From positions 66,223 through 130,222 of the forward strand of contig JBNKTL010000004.1 of NCBI GenBank assembly GCA_050298055.1: DNA of 64,000 bases, given 5' to 3'. The notes under the pieces are model-generated. The model did no database searches. It had not been told where the DNA came from and saw only the letters and a list, made by a program, of their open reading frames with translations. Below, one piece after another: positions 9,713-20,907 of this stretch (positions within the stretch are counted from its first letter, which is position 1; the number at the start of each line of letters is the position of its first letter). This DNA comes from Spirochaetota bacterium (GTDB lineage: Bacteria; Spirochaetota; UBA4802; UBA5550). The position numbers and the translations under genes are program-made.

Positions 9713-10963
9713 ATGAAAAGCATCTTGCAGATTGCACTAAGAAATCTCTTCCGCTATAAAAGGAGAACATATTTAACTACCGGTATTGTCATTTTCGGCG
9801 TTGCCCTGGTGATCGTTTTTTCCGGATTTTCGAATAGCATGAAAAAAGATATGATCAGCGCAATAACAGGCGGACTTTTGGGAGATATACAGATCCATGC
9901 GAATGGTTATGTAGCTTCTATTGAAAGCCTGCCTCTTTATCTTAACATAAATGAAACTCATTATCAGAAACTAAAAAAACTTCTGGATCAAAATCCAAAC
10001 ATTGAAGCTTTCACTCCCAGGATCAAATTCGGTGGCATGGTCAGTAACTATGCCAGAACTTCAGGGATGCGTTTCCTCGCAGTGGATCCTGTCAGCGAAA
10101 TGAAGGTTTGTACCAATCTTCCGTTAAGGATTAGTCCATCCCCGGATCCGGAAAAAGGAGTCATACAAAAAGGTGAAATAGTGATGCCGTCTCTTATCGC
10201 AAACGGCATGTCTATCAAGAAAGGGGATGAGGTTGTCATTCTGGCCAACAATAAAGAAGGCTCAATCAATGCCGTACCATTAAAGGTCGCAGGTATGTCA
10301 GATTCTGTTACAGGTCCGAGCGGACGCGATGCTTATATTCATATTGATGATGCCCAAACTTTACTCAGAATGGGCAGCATTGAGATAAGTGAAGTGGCGA
10401 TAAGACTTAAAAATTTTGATAAGTTAAAAAAAATCCAAAGGAACATCTCTCAGATTTTATCCCAAATTGAGGATGAAAACGGTAAAACCATATTTGAATC
10501 CCATACCTGGCAGGAGCTTTCCCCGGTTGTAACTTTCATCAATGTAATGGATATTTTTAGAATAGTATCCAGATTAATTCTGATAGTAATAGTTTTGATC
10601 AGCATTATGAACGTAATGATCATGTCGGTTTACGAGAGGGTGAGTGAAATAGGCACAATAGCGGCAATCGGGACTGTCCCCTCAAAGATATTATCTATAT
10701 TTCTTTCTGAAGGAATTATCATGGGATTTTTAGGGACCGTTCTTGGGATTGTCGCCGGTTTTATTATTAATTGGATAATCGGTCTTATGAAAATAAACAT
10801 GACCCTGGGGCATATGATGAGGCTGACGCCGCACCCCTTTGTTTATGCAGGTGATATTGTCAGCACCTGTGTTATCGTAATCATTATCGCAGGATTGGCA
10901 AGTCTGGAACCGGCGTTAAAGGCTTCCAAACTTGAACCCGTGGATGCCATGAGGCATAATTGA
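9713..10963 (+). CDS. FtsX-like ABC permease (LolC/E, MacB family)
   Basis: IALRNLFRYKRRT start, MSVYERVSEIGTIAAIG, C-terminal PALKASKLEPVDAMR. Confidence 0.92.
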   Translation: MKSILQIALRNLFRYKRRTYLTTGIVIFGVALVIVFSGFSNSMKKDMISAITGGLLGDIQIHANGYVASIESLPLYLNINETHYQKLKKLLDQNPNIEAFTPRIKFGGMVSNYARTSGMRFLAVDPVSEMKVCTNLPLRISPSPDPEKGVIQKGEIVMPSLIANGMSIKKGDEVVILANNKEGSINAVPLKVAGMSDSVTGPSGRDAYIHIDDAQTLLRMGSIEISEVAIRLKNFDKLKKIQRNISQILSQIEDENGKTIFESHTWQELSPVVTFINVMDIFRIVSRLILIVIVLISIMNVMIMSVYERVSEIGTIAAIGTVPSKILSIFLSEGIIMGFLGTVLGIVAGFIINWIIGLMKINMTLGHMMRLTPHPFVYAGDIVSTCVIVIIIAGLASLEPALKASKLEPVDAMRHN

Positions 10964-10981
10964 AAGATTAAGGAGGGATCT

Positions 10982-11749
10982 ATGAAATATAAGATTAAAT
11001 TGCCGGTATTCGTCATCATAATATTTTTTTGTTTAATATTGAATGTATTCCCGGGGGACAATATTTCGAAAAAAGGAAATAGAATATTGGAACAGATCGA
11101 CAGGAGCCTGATGCCTGTTTCATATGAATCCTACAGAAAGCTTATTAATATTGAACCGGATGGAAGAAAAAAAGAATTCGTATTATATACGATTAAACGC
11201 GGAGCGAATAAGCTTGCTATGCTCTATTTATCACCCCCGATTGACAAAGATAAGGCGACCCTTCGTCTGGGCGATAACATGTGGTTATATATGCCAAACA
11301 TCGGTAAACCGCTCAGGATCACAAGCATACAATCAGTCACAGGCGGTGTCTTTAGCAACGCGGATATCATGCTGTTGGATTATCACGTTGAATATAATGC
11401 TGTCAATCTGGAAGAAAAAGATGATGAATATTATCTTATGCTGAAAGCTAAAACCAATGCCGTGGCTTATGACAAATTAAAGATGTGGGTAAAAAAAAGC
11501 GGGACAATCGTTAAGAGTATCAAAAAGGTTGAATGTTACTCCGCATCCAATATGCTTTTGAAGACACTGGAATTTAAAAATATAAAAGATTTCGGAGGCA
11601 ACCTGGTCCGTCCTTCGGTAATCGAGACATACAGCCCTCTTTATAAAGGGTATAAATCATATATGATTATTTTAAAAGTTAAGGAAAGAATATTTCCGCA
11701 TGAAGTATTTTCACTTAATTATTTACCGCGGTTAAAGAATTTAAAATGA
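10982..11749 (+). CDS. LolA-like outer-membrane lipoprotein-sorting protein
   Basis: Signal peptide; pattern YLSPPIDK...LRLGDNMWLYMP...GGVFSNADI and AYDKLKMWV; operon context. Confidence 0.8.
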   Translation: MKYKIKLPVFVIIIFFCLILNVFPGDNISKKGNRILEQIDRSLMPVSYESYRKLINIEPDGRKKEFVLYTIKRGANKLAMLYLSPPIDKDKATLRLGDNMWLYMPNIGKPLRITSIQSVTGGVFSNADIMLLDYHVEYNAVNLEEKDDEYYLMLKAKTNAVAYDKLKMWVKKSGTIVKSIKKVECYSASNMLLKTLEFKNIKDFGGNLVRPSVIETYSPLYKGYKSYMIILKVKERIFPHEVFSLNYLPRLKNLK

Positions 11750-13068
11750 AAACAATAAAGTTATTATTGATTCTGCTTATAATCTCCAGGACTGCATTTG
11801 CTGCAGATGATGATATTGATGTCTCTAAGATCACAAATATCCCCGATATTGAAAAAACGGACACTCAAGAAAACAACATAATCGAACTTCCCCTTAAAAT
11901 CAGCGGTATTCTGGATGGGAAATGGCAGATATATCAGCTGAGAATAGGTTCGCCGTATTACAAACTTAATTATTACGGTCAGGAGAATATTAATCCAAAT
12001 CTATCTTTATATCTTTTTGAATTATTTCTCAATGGTGATTATTCAGGCAAAAATTATGGGCTTCATATAAAAACTCATAGCACATATATTGACGAAGAAA
12101 ATAAAGATTTTACTGTGTATGAAGCGTATAATTATTTAAATATCGGTTCAATGTTTTCCCTGGAGTTTGGTAAAAAGATATTTGGATGGGGGAAGGGGTA
12201 TATAATAAATCCTGCAGGATATTTTAATCCAAAAAAAGATATTGAAAATCCGGAACAGGCACAGGAGGGAATACTTGCTTCTCAAATCGAGTTTACAAAA
12301 AGTTTTAATTCGGATATATTGGGAACCTTTGCATTAACATTTGTCGTTGTTCCCCCATCTCCGGTTATTAATGACACATACGGTGAGTTGGGAAAGACGG
12401 AATACGGCGCTAAACTGTATTTTCTTTTCCTCGATACAGATATCGATTTTTTATCTTATTATATTGACCAAACTCATTATCAGTACGGATTGGATTTATC
12501 AGGAAACATAGGGGATTATTTTGAGGTTCACGGAGAATTGAATTATTTTCATAATAAATATGTATATCTTTTTGAAAATGATACTATCTTAAATCCAAAA
12601 AACAAAAAAGGTATAAGTTATCTTGCCGGCTTCCGTTTCGTGCCCCGGTATGATCTCAAAGTTATTGGTGAATATTATCATAATGACGCCGGATTGAGCG
12701 AAGATGAATATAAAGATTATCTTTCTTTTATGGAGAGAAGCTATGAGAGTAATGATCCGGCTATAATACAAAAAGCAAAAGGAATTGTTAAAAGCAATTT
12801 AAAATCACAGATGCTGATGAAAGATTATGCATATATGAAGATAACAAAAACGGATCTATTCGGTATTCTCTATCTTTCACTATCGCCTTATATCCTGTTT
12901 AATATTCGGGATAAGAGCTTTATCACCGGTCCGGAAATATCATATAATCCATTTTCAAATTTTGAACTGGCTTTAAAACAGTTATCTTTCATAGGAAAGG
13001 ATGATTCCGAATATGGCAGCAAACAAAATAGATTGATGTATGGATTTGAAATGAGAGTGTATTTTTAA
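11746..13068 (+). CDS. Putative outer-membrane beta-barrel protein
   Basis: Signal peptide (AFA), a GKKIFGWGKG..NP motif, alternating aromatic strands and a C-terminal VYF. Overlaps the upstream gene by 4 nt. Confidence 0.7.
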   Translation: MKTIKLLLILLIISRTAFAADDDIDVSKITNIPDIEKTDTQENNIIELPLKISGILDGKWQIYQLRIGSPYYKLNYYGQENINPNLSLYLFELFLNGDYSGKNYGLHIKTHSTYIDEENKDFTVYEAYNYLNIGSMFSLEFGKKIFGWGKGYIINPAGYFNPKKDIENPEQAQEGILASQIEFTKSFNSDILGTFALTFVVVPPSPVINDTYGELGKTEYGAKLYFLFLDTDIDFLSYYIDQTHYQYGLDLSGNIGDYFEVHGELNYFHNKYVYLFENDTILNPKNKKGISYLAGFRFVPRYDLKVIGEYYHNDAGLSEDEYKDYLSFMERSYESNDPAIIQKAKGIVKSNLKSQMLMKDYAYMKITKTDLFGILYLSLSPYILFNIRDKSFITGPEISYNPFSNFELALKQLSFIGKDDSEYGSKQNRLMYGFEMRVYF

Positions 13069-13203
13069 ATTAAAGGTTATTATTTATTATTTAGCAATAA
13101 ATTACTGCTGACCAGACCAGTAAGTGCGGCATTTGGAGAAAACACTTTTTTTTTTGCAATCTTTGCGTCCCGGCGGTTCAGAAAAAGTGTGAATGAAAAT
13201 CCT

Positions 13204-13590
13204 TCAAACAGAACTCGCACCGGAAAGGCTGAACCGAATAATCGAGTCATCCGATAAATTTACACTGATCTCATAGCCGAGAAAATCCGAGAGGGATTGA
13301 ACAAGGGGAAGACCCAGGCCGCTGTGCCCCGATCCGGAGGTCCGCGCGGTGTCCTTCCTCCAGAACCTTTCGAACATCCTCTCCAGGTCCTCATTGTATC
13401 GAATTAAGATCTCCTTTGAGATCTCTTTCCTGGATTTATTGCTGTTGAGAATATTTTTAATAAATTGGGATAGTTTTCTGGGACGAAGAATTATCGGGGT
13501 ACCCAGACTTATATCCCAGGTCAGTGATTTGTCAAATATTAATCAGATTGAGTTTTCTTCTCTTAACGGGAATAATATAAATTCTAACAT
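13204..13590 (-). pseudogene. Sensor histidine kinase C-terminal (HATPase_c) remnant
   Basis: The minus frame reads ...EDLERMFERFWRKDTARTSGSGHSGLGLPLVQSLSDFLGYEISV...* (F box and G2 box). There is an in-frame TGA at 13543..13545 and no H box. Confidence 0.65.
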
Positions 13591-13746
13591 TACGGGAAGA
13601 TGACTAAAAAATTAAAAAAATTTTGTCCTATTCATCTCTAAAATGCACTATATAATGATAGATCATTAATAAGGATATGTCCATACCGTGGTTGGCGGCG
13701 GTATATCTTTTATTATGTTTTTAATGAATATGATTATTATGCATAG

Positions 13747-14124
13747 ATGAGTCGTTACATCCGGACTATGAAAAATAAAAACTTTACACTTGAATATCTC
13801 CCCAATTCTATTATCCTGAAATTACATCTGGATGAACTTGACCTCATGACTTCACCTAAGATCGCACCGGGTATTGAGTCTGTGATAAAAAATATCAGTG
13901 ACACACATCTTATCATTGATATAGACAGGCTGGACTATATCGACTCCACGGGCATATCGCTTATCTTTTCCATAATAAAGACATGCAGTAAGAAGGAAGT
14001 GATCATATCCATAATCTGTAAAAATGAGAAGATCAGGCAATTCTTCAGTCTGTTCAGCATGAACTTCAACTTTACCTTTTATCCGGATATTGAAGAAGTC
14101 TTTAAAAAATTCCCCGATAAGTGA
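13747..14124 (+). CDS. STAS domain anti-sigma-factor antagonist
   Basis: ELDL...LIIDIDRLDYIDSTGIS motif. Confidence 0.85.
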   Translation: MSRYIRTMKNKNFTLEYLPNSIILKLHLDELDLMTSPKIAPGIESVIKNISDTHLIIDIDRLDYIDSTGISLIFSIIKTCSKKEVIISIICKNEKIRQFFSLFSMNFNFTFYPDIEEVFKKFPDK

Positions 14125-14151
14125 TTTTTCTAAAGTTCCGGTTTTTCTGTT

Positions 14152-15240
14152 TTAATCTTCACAGGACATATGGCAAATGCCTGTGGGGGTATCCTTTACA
14201 AAGGGGAAGTATTTCTTCCTGAAGCGGATGGCTACGTTTACAAGGGATATCAGTACCGGGACCTCTACAAGGGGCCCGATGACCGCGGCGAAAGCCTGTC
14301 CCGAATCTATCCCGAAAACGGCAATGGCAACGGCAATTGCCAGCTCAAAGTTATTGGAGGCCGCCGTGAACGAGAGGGTTGTTGCCTGCTCGTAGCTTGC
14401 TCCTGCTTTCATCGAGAGGAAAAAGGAGACCAGGAACATCACAAGAAAGTAGATGGTAAGGGGTATGGCTATTCTCATAACATCGAAGGGGAGCTGGACT
14501 ATATATTCGCCCTTGAGGGAGAACATCACAAGTATGGTAAAGAGAAGAAAGATAAGAGTCAGGGGGCTGATTTTCGGGATCAGCTTCTCCCGGTACCACT
14601 CTTCATTCTTCAGTTTTATTCCCGCCAGGCGTGTTATCATTCCCGCAAGAAAAGGGATGCCCAGGTAAATAAAAACCGATTCCGCGATCTGGCCCATGGA
14701 TATATCCACCACGGTGCCTTTCAGGCCGATTAATCCCGGAAGGACCGTAATAAACAGGTACGCATAGACCGAGAAAAAGATTACCTGGAAGAGGGAGTTG
14801 AAGGCGACCAGCCCGGCACAGTACTCCCTGTCGCCCTCTGCCAGGTCGTTCCAGACGATGACCATGGCAATACACCGGGCAAGACCGATAAGGATAAGCC
14901 CCGTCATATATTCGTGCCGGCCGGAGAGAAACGTGATTGCCAGGAGAAACATCAGTACCGGCCCGATGATCCAGTTCTGGACAAGGGAGAGGAGGAGGAC
15001 CTTCCCGTTCCGGAAAACCTCATGGAGTTTCTCGTACTTGACCTTTGCAAGGGGCGGGTACATCATCAGGATGAGGCCCACGGCAATGGGGATATTTGTT
15101 GTCCCCGCCTGGAACGAGTTAATGATATCTTTAATCCCCGGAAAGAAATATCCTGTCATGACTCCCGCAAACATGGCGGAGAAGATCCAGAGTGTGAGGA
15201 AACGGTCGAGAAAAGATAACCTTTTGCCTGTTTTTTCCAT
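14152..15240 (-). CDS. acr3: ACR3-family arsenite efflux transporter
   Basis: Motifs [41 protein letters not shown] and GPLVEVP. Confidence 0.95.
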   Translation of the reverse strand: MEKTGKRLSFLDRFLTLWIFSAMFAGVMTGYFFPGIKDIINSFQAGTTNIPIAVGLILMMYPPLAKVKYEKLHEVFRNGKVLLLSLVQNWIIGPVLMFLLAITFLSGRHEYMTGLILIGLARCIAMVIVWNDLAEGDREYCAGLVAFNSLFQVIFFSVYAYLFITVLPGLIGLKGTVVDISMGQIAESVFIYLGIPFLAGMITRLAGIKLKNEEWYREKLIPKISPLTLIFLLFTILVMFSLKGEYIVQLPFDVMRIAIPLTIYFLVMFLVSFFLSMKAGASYEQATTLSFTAASNNFELAIAVAIAVFGIDSGQAFAAVIGPLVEVPVLISLVNVAIRFRKKYFPFVKDTPTGICHMSCED

Positions 15241-15278
15241 GAGAGCCTCCTTGATTACCGGTTAATAAAAATAGCTTT

Positions 15279-15629
15279 TCAGCTGCAGGCGTTTACCTTT
15301 TTTCTCTTAAGGTAAGCAGCCATTTTGATCCTGTCTTCCCTTGCCTCTGAAGTAAGGGGCAGTGATGCCCGCAATGCCTCTATAAAATCATCTTCCGGGT
15401 TTTCCGGATCTCTCTGCAGCCGGTAGTAGTTCCACCGGTTCTCACGCCTGTCATCGAGCCAACCGCTGTTTTTCAGATAAGCCAGATGCCGTGATACCGT
15501 TGACTGGGGGAGCCCCAGGACCTCCATAAAGTCACAGACGCAGTATTCCTTTCCGTCAATGAGTATGGCCATTATCCGCAGACGCGTGACGTCACCCAGA
15601 GCCTTAAAAAGTTTTTCCACCCTTCTCAT
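15279..15629 (-). CDS. arsR: ArsR-family arsenic-responsive repressor
   Basis: FKALGDVTRLRI, EYCVCDF metal site and PQSTVSRHL; lies directly upstream of acr3. Start set at the ATG at 15629. Confidence 0.9.
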   Translation of the reverse strand: MRRVEKLFKALGDVTRLRIMAILIDGKEYCVCDFMEVLGLPQSTVSRHLAYLKNSGWLDDRRENRWNYYRLQRDPENPEDDFIEALRASLPLTSEAREDRIKMAAYLKRKKVNACS

Positions 15630-15637
15630 ATGGAACC

Positions 15638-15667
15638 AATATATCCGCATAAGCAGATGGATGTCAA
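15638..15667 (-). promoter_or_regulatory. sigma70 promoter of arsR with an imperfect palindrome in the spacer (likely ArsR operator)
   Basis: Minus strand TTGACA-N18-TATATT; the spacer overlaps ATCTGC-TTAT-GCGGAT. Confidence 0.6.
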
Positions 15668-15790
15668 TAGATTTTCATTTGTTAGTGATCTGTGAAAATC
15701 TTTCTCTTACTCTTCTCTGTGTCGAATTTATCGTCTTGACAAATAAATTCAGGACCGTATTTTTGCAAAAAAAATATGAGGGAGTGGAAG

Positions 15791-17053
15791 ATGATTGATC
15801 CCCGGCTGATACGAGAGGACCTTGATGGAATAAGGGCCATGCTGAAAAAGCGTCACATGGAGGACGCGGTTGATGTTGACTACCTGAAAAAGATTGATGA
15901 GGAGAGGCGTGAACTCACCCAGGGATCCGATGAACTGAAGAGCAAAAGGAACAGGATCTCCAAAGAGATCGGGAACAGGAAGTCCCGGGGCGAAGATGCC
16001 AATGATATCATGAAAGAGGTCCAGGAGATCAACGACCGGATAAAGGAGATGAGCGACCGCCTCGCCTTTCTTGACGAAGAGTACCGGGAGCTCCATCTTT
16101 CCATTCCGAATATTCTGGACGGTTCTGTCCCTGAAGGTGCCGATGAAAAAGACAACGTGGAGGTAAGGAGCTGGGGAGAAAAGAGGGAGTTCTCCTTTGA
16201 ACCGAAACCCCATTATGAACTGGGTACCGATTCCGGGATACTGGACTTTGAGAGGGGAGTAAAGATCTCCGGCGCACGGTTCTATCTCTACAGGGGACTG
16301 GCCGCGCGCCTGGAAAGGGCCGTCATAAACTTCATGCTGGACCTGCATACGGGAGAACACGGGTATACCGAGACATTCGGGCCCTTTCTTGTTAACGATG
16401 AGAGTATGACCGCTACGGGTCAGTATCCCAAGTTCAAGGATGAGTATTACAGAATGGAGAGGGACGGCCTGTCGCTCATACCCACCGCCGAGGTGACCCT
16501 TACCAATATTTACCGGGACGAGATCCTCAATCTTGAGGAACTTCCCGTAAACGTTACCATGCAGTCCTCCTGTTTCCGGAGAGAGGCCGGTGCCGCGGGA
16601 AAGGACACCCGGGGACTTATCAGGGTCCACCAGTTCCAGAAGGTTGAGCTTGTTAAGTTCGTTGATCCCGAAACATCCTTTGATGAACTGGAGAAGCTCA
16701 CCTCCCACGCCGAGGAGGTGCTGAAGAGGCTCAACCTCCACTACCGGGTGGTCCTCCTCTCAAGCGGGGACACCTCCGCGTCCTCCGCCAGGACATATGA
16801 TATCGAGGTCTGGATGCCGGGGCTTGACAGGTACCTGGAGATATCATCCTGCTCCAACTTCATGGATTACCAGGCCAGAAGGGCAAAGATAAGGTACAGA
16901 AAGGCAAAGGGTGAAAAGCCTGAGTACCTTCATACCCTTAACGGTTCGGGACTTGCCGCGGGGAGGACCCTTGCCGCAATTATGGAAAACTACCAGAGAG
17001 AGGACGGCAGCATCGAGATCCCCGAGGTACTGAAGCCTTATATGAAGGAGTGA
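15791..17053 (+). CDS. serS: Serine--tRNA ligase
   Basis: MIDPRLIR start with GGAG RBS; motifs [29 protein letters not shown] and TLNGSGLA. Confidence 0.97.
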   Translation: MIDPRLIREDLDGIRAMLKKRHMEDAVDVDYLKKIDEERRELTQGSDELKSKRNRISKEIGNRKSRGEDANDIMKEVQEINDRIKEMSDRLAFLDEEYRELHLSIPNILDGSVPEGADEKDNVEVRSWGEKREFSFEPKPHYELGTDSGILDFERGVKISGARFYLYRGLAARLERAVINFMLDLHTGEHGYTETFGPFLVNDESMTATGQYPKFKDEYYRMERDGLSLIPTAEVTLTNIYRDEILNLEELPVNVTMQSSCFRREAGAAGKDTRGLIRVHQFQKVELVKFVDPETSFDELEKLTSHAEEVLKRLNLHYRVVLLSSGDTSASSARTYDIEVWMPGLDRYLEISSCSNFMDYQARRAKIRYRKAKGEKPEYLHTLNGSGLAAGRTLAAIMENYQREDGSIEIPEVLKPYMKE

Positions 17054-17333
17054 AGATCCATTGGGAGTCCTTTAATAATATTAGAATTATTCACATCATC
17101 GTAGTTAGATATAAAGAAAATTTTCTTCTGCTAGTTTTTTGATATTATTTCAAAAGAATTTATTATACAGAACAGATCCTAAATAATTGATAGATAGTAT
17201 TTCTCATGAAAATGGAAACTAGAATGGAATGCTTTTTTTATTTGATATTGTAATAAGAAGTGGTGGACAAAAATTCATAATTGATATAACCAGTCATATG
17301 TATAGTGTGCATTAATCCTATGCAGTTTTAAAA

Positions 17334-20273
17334 ATGATGAAAATATCAAAAATATTAGAAGAAATTGGTATTTCAAAAGAGAATGATTATTTTTATCTCT
17401 TTAGTGATAATGAATGGAAGAAAAAAATACCTATAAGATTGCATAAAGGACTCATAGAAATAAATCCACATAGTTTTCTCCTTCATGAAAATAAAATTAT
17501 CGCTTTATTTTTCATCTTTACATCAAACGAAAATGTAAACATTAAAGTACTCTTTAAAAAAATCTGGAATTTGGGGGGGAGCCCGATAATTTTTATCATA
17601 TCTGAAGATGATTTAAAGATATATAATGGATTTTCATTTGATACAAAAGAATCTCGTTTTGATAAACTTAAAGTTGGAAACAAAGACGTAACAAGAGAAA
17701 ATATTAAAAGTCATCTATCTATTTGGGACATTATTTCCGGGAAAACATTTAAAAACCTAACAACAAAAAAAACGCAGGTTGATGAAAAATTATTAGAAAA
17801 CCTTGAAAATACAAAAGAAATCCTTATAAATAATGGATTAGATAATACTTATGCACAAAATATTATTGGCAGATTAATCTTTTCAAGATATTTACTCGAT
17901 AGAAGAGTAAAAATAAAATCAAAATATTTTACTGATAAAAAGAGTTTTCTTGAATTAATAAAAAATAAAGAATTGCTTTATGAATATTTTGATTATTTGA
18001 AGACAACTTTCAATGGGGACCTATTTCCTGTAAAGAAAAATGAAATTGATAAAGTAAATGGTCGACATCTCAAATATTTATATGAACTTTTTTCAGGAAG
18101 TTATATACATAATAATGGAATACAAAAGTCTCTATTCGAAATGTATGATTTCAATATTATTCCAATTGAATTAATATCAGAAGTTTATGAGCGATTTATT
18201 GGAAAAGAAAATCAAAAGACAAATGCCGCTTATTATACTCCATCATTTTTAGTTGACTACATACTTGAAAAAACTGTTAAGCTTCATTTGAATGGTAATA
18301 AAGCATGCAAAGTGCTTGATCCTTCATGTGGTTCGGGAATTTTCCTTGTTGAATCATTGAGGGCCATAATTGAAAATAACCTTGATAGACAGGGAAACAT
18401 ACAAAAAGAGAAATTAAAGCAACTTCTTATAGAAAATATATTTGGAATTGACATTGATGAAAACGCAATTAATTTAACAGTCTTTTCATTATGTTTAACA
18501 CTGCTCGATTATGTTGAACCAAAGGATATTACTAAATTCAAATTTCCTGAATTGTTAAACAAGAACCTTTTTACTGCTGACTTTTTTGATACTGAGCATT
18601 CATTTAATAAAACTATTAATAATTTAGACTTTATAATAGGGAATCCACCATGGGGGAGCAATAAAGAAGAACTTCATCTCCAATATATCAAATCAAAAAA
18701 TATTCCAATAAGTGATAAGCAAATTGCTCAAACGTTTACCATAAGGACAAAGGATTTTTCAAATAAAAAAACGAAGTGTACCTTGGTTCTACCAAGTTCA
18801 TCTATCCTGTACAACCTCAACGCAAAAGAATTCAGGTATTATTTATTAAATTCATTTTTTATTAAAGAGATTCTTGAACTATCACCGGTAAGAAATCAGA
18901 TCTTTTCAGGGGCGGTTGCGCCGACTTCAATTGTTTTCTATCAATATTCACATAATGTGAACATAGAAAATAATGTTGTATTGCATACCTCTGTTAAACC
19001 GAATATCTTTTTACAATATCTGAAATTAATTGTAATAGAAAAGAATGATATAAAACAAATCAAGCAGCATTACTTCATTAAGTATGATTATCTATGGAAA
19101 ATAATGCTTTATGGAAATGTTTTAGATTTTTATCTGATTAAAAGGCTTAAAGAGGAGCATGATAATCTTAATCAAGTTATAGAAAAAAGAAAACTTCTTT
19201 TTGGGCAAGGTTTTATTAAAGGAGATAAAAAAAGAAAATTTCACCCAAAACATTTACTTGGCAAAATATTCTTAGACATGAATAAGAAGCCATTATCAAA
19301 ATTTTACATAAAAAAAAGTGAATTGAGTGTTTATAATGACAAAAGTTTGATTTATCGGCGTGGCAAGTATGAAGGTAAAATATTTAAACCACCATATGTT
19401 TTATTAAAAAAAGGGTTTTCTAAGCAAAATTTTTCAATTGTATCTGCTTATACTGAAAATGAGTTTGTTTTTACTGATTCGATTACAGCAATAAAAGGGA
19501 AGGCGGATGATGGGTCACTGTTGAAGAATATTTGTGGCTGTTTAAATTCATCATTGTCCAGTTATCATTTTTTATTACAAGGTTCATCTGCTGGAATTGA
19601 AAGAGAGCAAGGTCATAATAAAGATGATAGATTTACTCTACCTATTATAATAAACAATAAAATCAGTAGCAAAGTTGATATAATACAAAACCTCTATAAA
19701 CAGTTGTATTCAGAGATAATGTATAATTATAAAATAGAATCACTTATTGAATCTGAACAAAAAAAATTAAATGAATTAATATTAAAATCATTTAAATTTT
19801 CAGATTTGGAAAAATCATTAATAGATTATGCAATTCGAATTACCATACCGCAGATAAATAACAAACCGGAACCGTTAGAAAGAACATCATCCGAACAATT
19901 ACACAAATATGCAGAAATATTTTTAGACCACTTTGCTTCGAGATGGAATGGGAATCCAAATTATTTTGCCATAGATATTTATTATGATAATAATATTGTT
20001 GGAATGAACTTCAAAGTATTAGATTCTAAACCTGATAATAAGGTGAAAATATATTCTGATAAAAAGGTTGAAGAACTATTTCAGCTAATAAAACTAGGAG
20101 AAGAAAAAATTACCGATGTTTTTTATAAGCAGAGAGATATCCGTGGTTTTAATGAGTTGTCTTTTTATGTGATAAAAGCTAACCAGTATAAAAATTGGCA
20201 CCATGCAGTAGCTCATGGTGATTTGCTTGAATTTGTTGAAGCTATGCTCCAAGCAGAAAAAGAAATTCCATAG
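17334..20273 (+). CDS. Large N6-adenine DNA methyltransferase (gamma class, type IIG/Eco57I-like architecture)
   Basis: ELISEVYE, YYTP, VLDPSCGSGIFL (motif I), GIDID and IIGNPPW (motif IV), followed by a TRD-like C-terminus. The gene is visibly AT-rich. Confidence 0.88.
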   Translation: MMKISKILEEIGISKENDYFYLFSDNEWKKKIPIRLHKGLIEINPHSFLLHENKIIALFFIFTSNENVNIKVLFKKIWNLGGSPIIFIISEDDLKIYNGFSFDTKESRFDKLKVGNKDVTRENIKSHLSIWDIISGKTFKNLTTKKTQVDEKLLENLENTKEILINNGLDNTYAQNIIGRLIFSRYLLDRRVKIKSKYFTDKKSFLELIKNKELLYEYFDYLKTTFNGDLFPVKKNEIDKVNGRHLKYLYELFSGSYIHNNGIQKSLFEMYDFNIIPIELISEVYERFIGKENQKTNAAYYTPSFLVDYILEKTVKLHLNGNKACKVLDPSCGSGIFLVESLRAIIENNLDRQGNIQKEKLKQLLIENIFGIDIDENAINLTVFSLCLTLLDYVEPKDITKFKFPELLNKNLFTADFFDTEHSFNKTINNLDFIIGNPPWGSNKEELHLQYIKSKNIPISDKQIAQTFTIRTKDFSNKKTKCTLVLPSSSILYNLNAKEFRYYLLNSFFIKEILELSPVRNQIFSGAVAPTSIVFYQYSHNVNIENNVVLHTSVKPNIFLQYLKLIVIEKNDIKQIKQHYFIKYDYLWKIMLYGNVLDFYLIKRLKEEHDNLNQVIEKRKLLFGQGFIKGDKKRKFHPKHLLGKIFLDMNKKPLSKFYIKKSELSVYNDKSLIYRRGKYEGKIFKPPYVLLKKGFSKQNFSIVSAYTENEFVFTDSITAIKGKADDGSLLKNICGCLNSSLSSYHFLLQGSSAGIEREQGHNKDDRFTLPIIINNKISSKVDIIQNLYKQLYSEIMYNYKIESLIESEQKKLNELILKSFKFSDLEKSLIDYAIRITIPQINNKPEPLERTSSEQLHKYAEIFLDHFASRWNGNPNYFAIDIYYDNNIVGMNFKVLDSKPDNKVKIYSDKKVEELFQLIKLGEEKITDVFYKQRDIRGFNELSFYVIKANQYKNWHHAVAHGDLLEFVEAMLQAEKEIP

Positions 20274-20283
20274 AAAAAGTAAT

Positions 20284-20907
20284 ATGGACGCATCTGTTTT
20301 TAAACATAGTTTTGGCTCTCATCTTGATTACATTAAGATAGCATATGTTTTTTTGATTGAGGCATATGAGGATTTGATTAGAAATAACTACATTGCTAAT
20401 AATGAAAATAGAATTCGTGATGATTTAGTAAAAATTGCTAAATTAAAAAAGAATACAAAATTTCCTTTTCGTTGGATTACGGAATTTCCTGATATTAAAA
20501 GAAATAATAGAATTGATATTGATTTAGCTACTCCGCAAAGCTTACTAGATGATTCAAGTGCAATTAAAATTGAATGTAAAGTTGTTGGAGTAAACGAATA
20601 TATTGATTCAAAAAAAACATTCAAGAGAATAAATAGTCCAACGAATGGTATTATGAGTTTTATTTCTGGAAAATATTCACCTAAGATGCCTTTAGCAGGA
20701 ATGATCGGGTTTGTTAAAGAAGGTGATATCAGTGTTAAAATTGATCGTATTAAAAAGAAACTTCAAGAACATCAAGATATAGTAACAATTCAAAATTTAA
20801 CACACTTTACAATTTGTAGTAATTTTAAATATAGTTATCATTCAAAACACAAAAGATCTAATCTGAAAGACATTTCAATCTATCATTTGTTATTTGATTT
20901 TTCGTAA
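20284..20907 (+). CDS. Putative PD-(D/E)xK nuclease partnered with the methyltransferase
   Basis: E(NRI)...RIDI...IKIECK catalytic-like pattern, plus GI.SF.SGKYS..AGMIGFV. Start set at the ATG at 20284, 10 nt after the MTase stop. Confidence 0.65.
   Translation: MDASVFKHSFGSHLDYIKIAYVFLIEAYEDLIRNNYIANNENRIRDDLVKIAKLKKNTKFPFRWITEFPDIKRNNRIDIDLATPQSLLDDSSAIKIECKVVGVNEYIDSKKTFKRINSPTNGIMSFISGKYSPKMPLAGMIGFVKEGDISVKIDRIKKKLQEHQDIVTIQNLTHFTICSNFKYSYHSKHKRSNLKDISIYHLLFDFS

Noticed and set aside
13543..13545. In-frame TGA in the histidine-kinase remnant as a second selenocysteine
   Set aside because: Not at a redox-Cys position, no hairpin follows, and the gene lacks the H box, so this is best read as decay.
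15749..16741. 330-aa minus-strand ORF
   Set aside because: Antisense shadow of serS with no motifs of its own.
15791..17053. Functional clustering of serS with the Sec-MsrA gene
   Set aside because: They are about 9 kb apart with unrelated genes between, and no sel genes are in the window.
17334..20273. BREX PglX or type I HsdM assignment
   Set aside because: No pglZ/brxC/brxL or hsdR/hsdS nearby; size and C-terminal TRD fit a IIG-like enzyme better.
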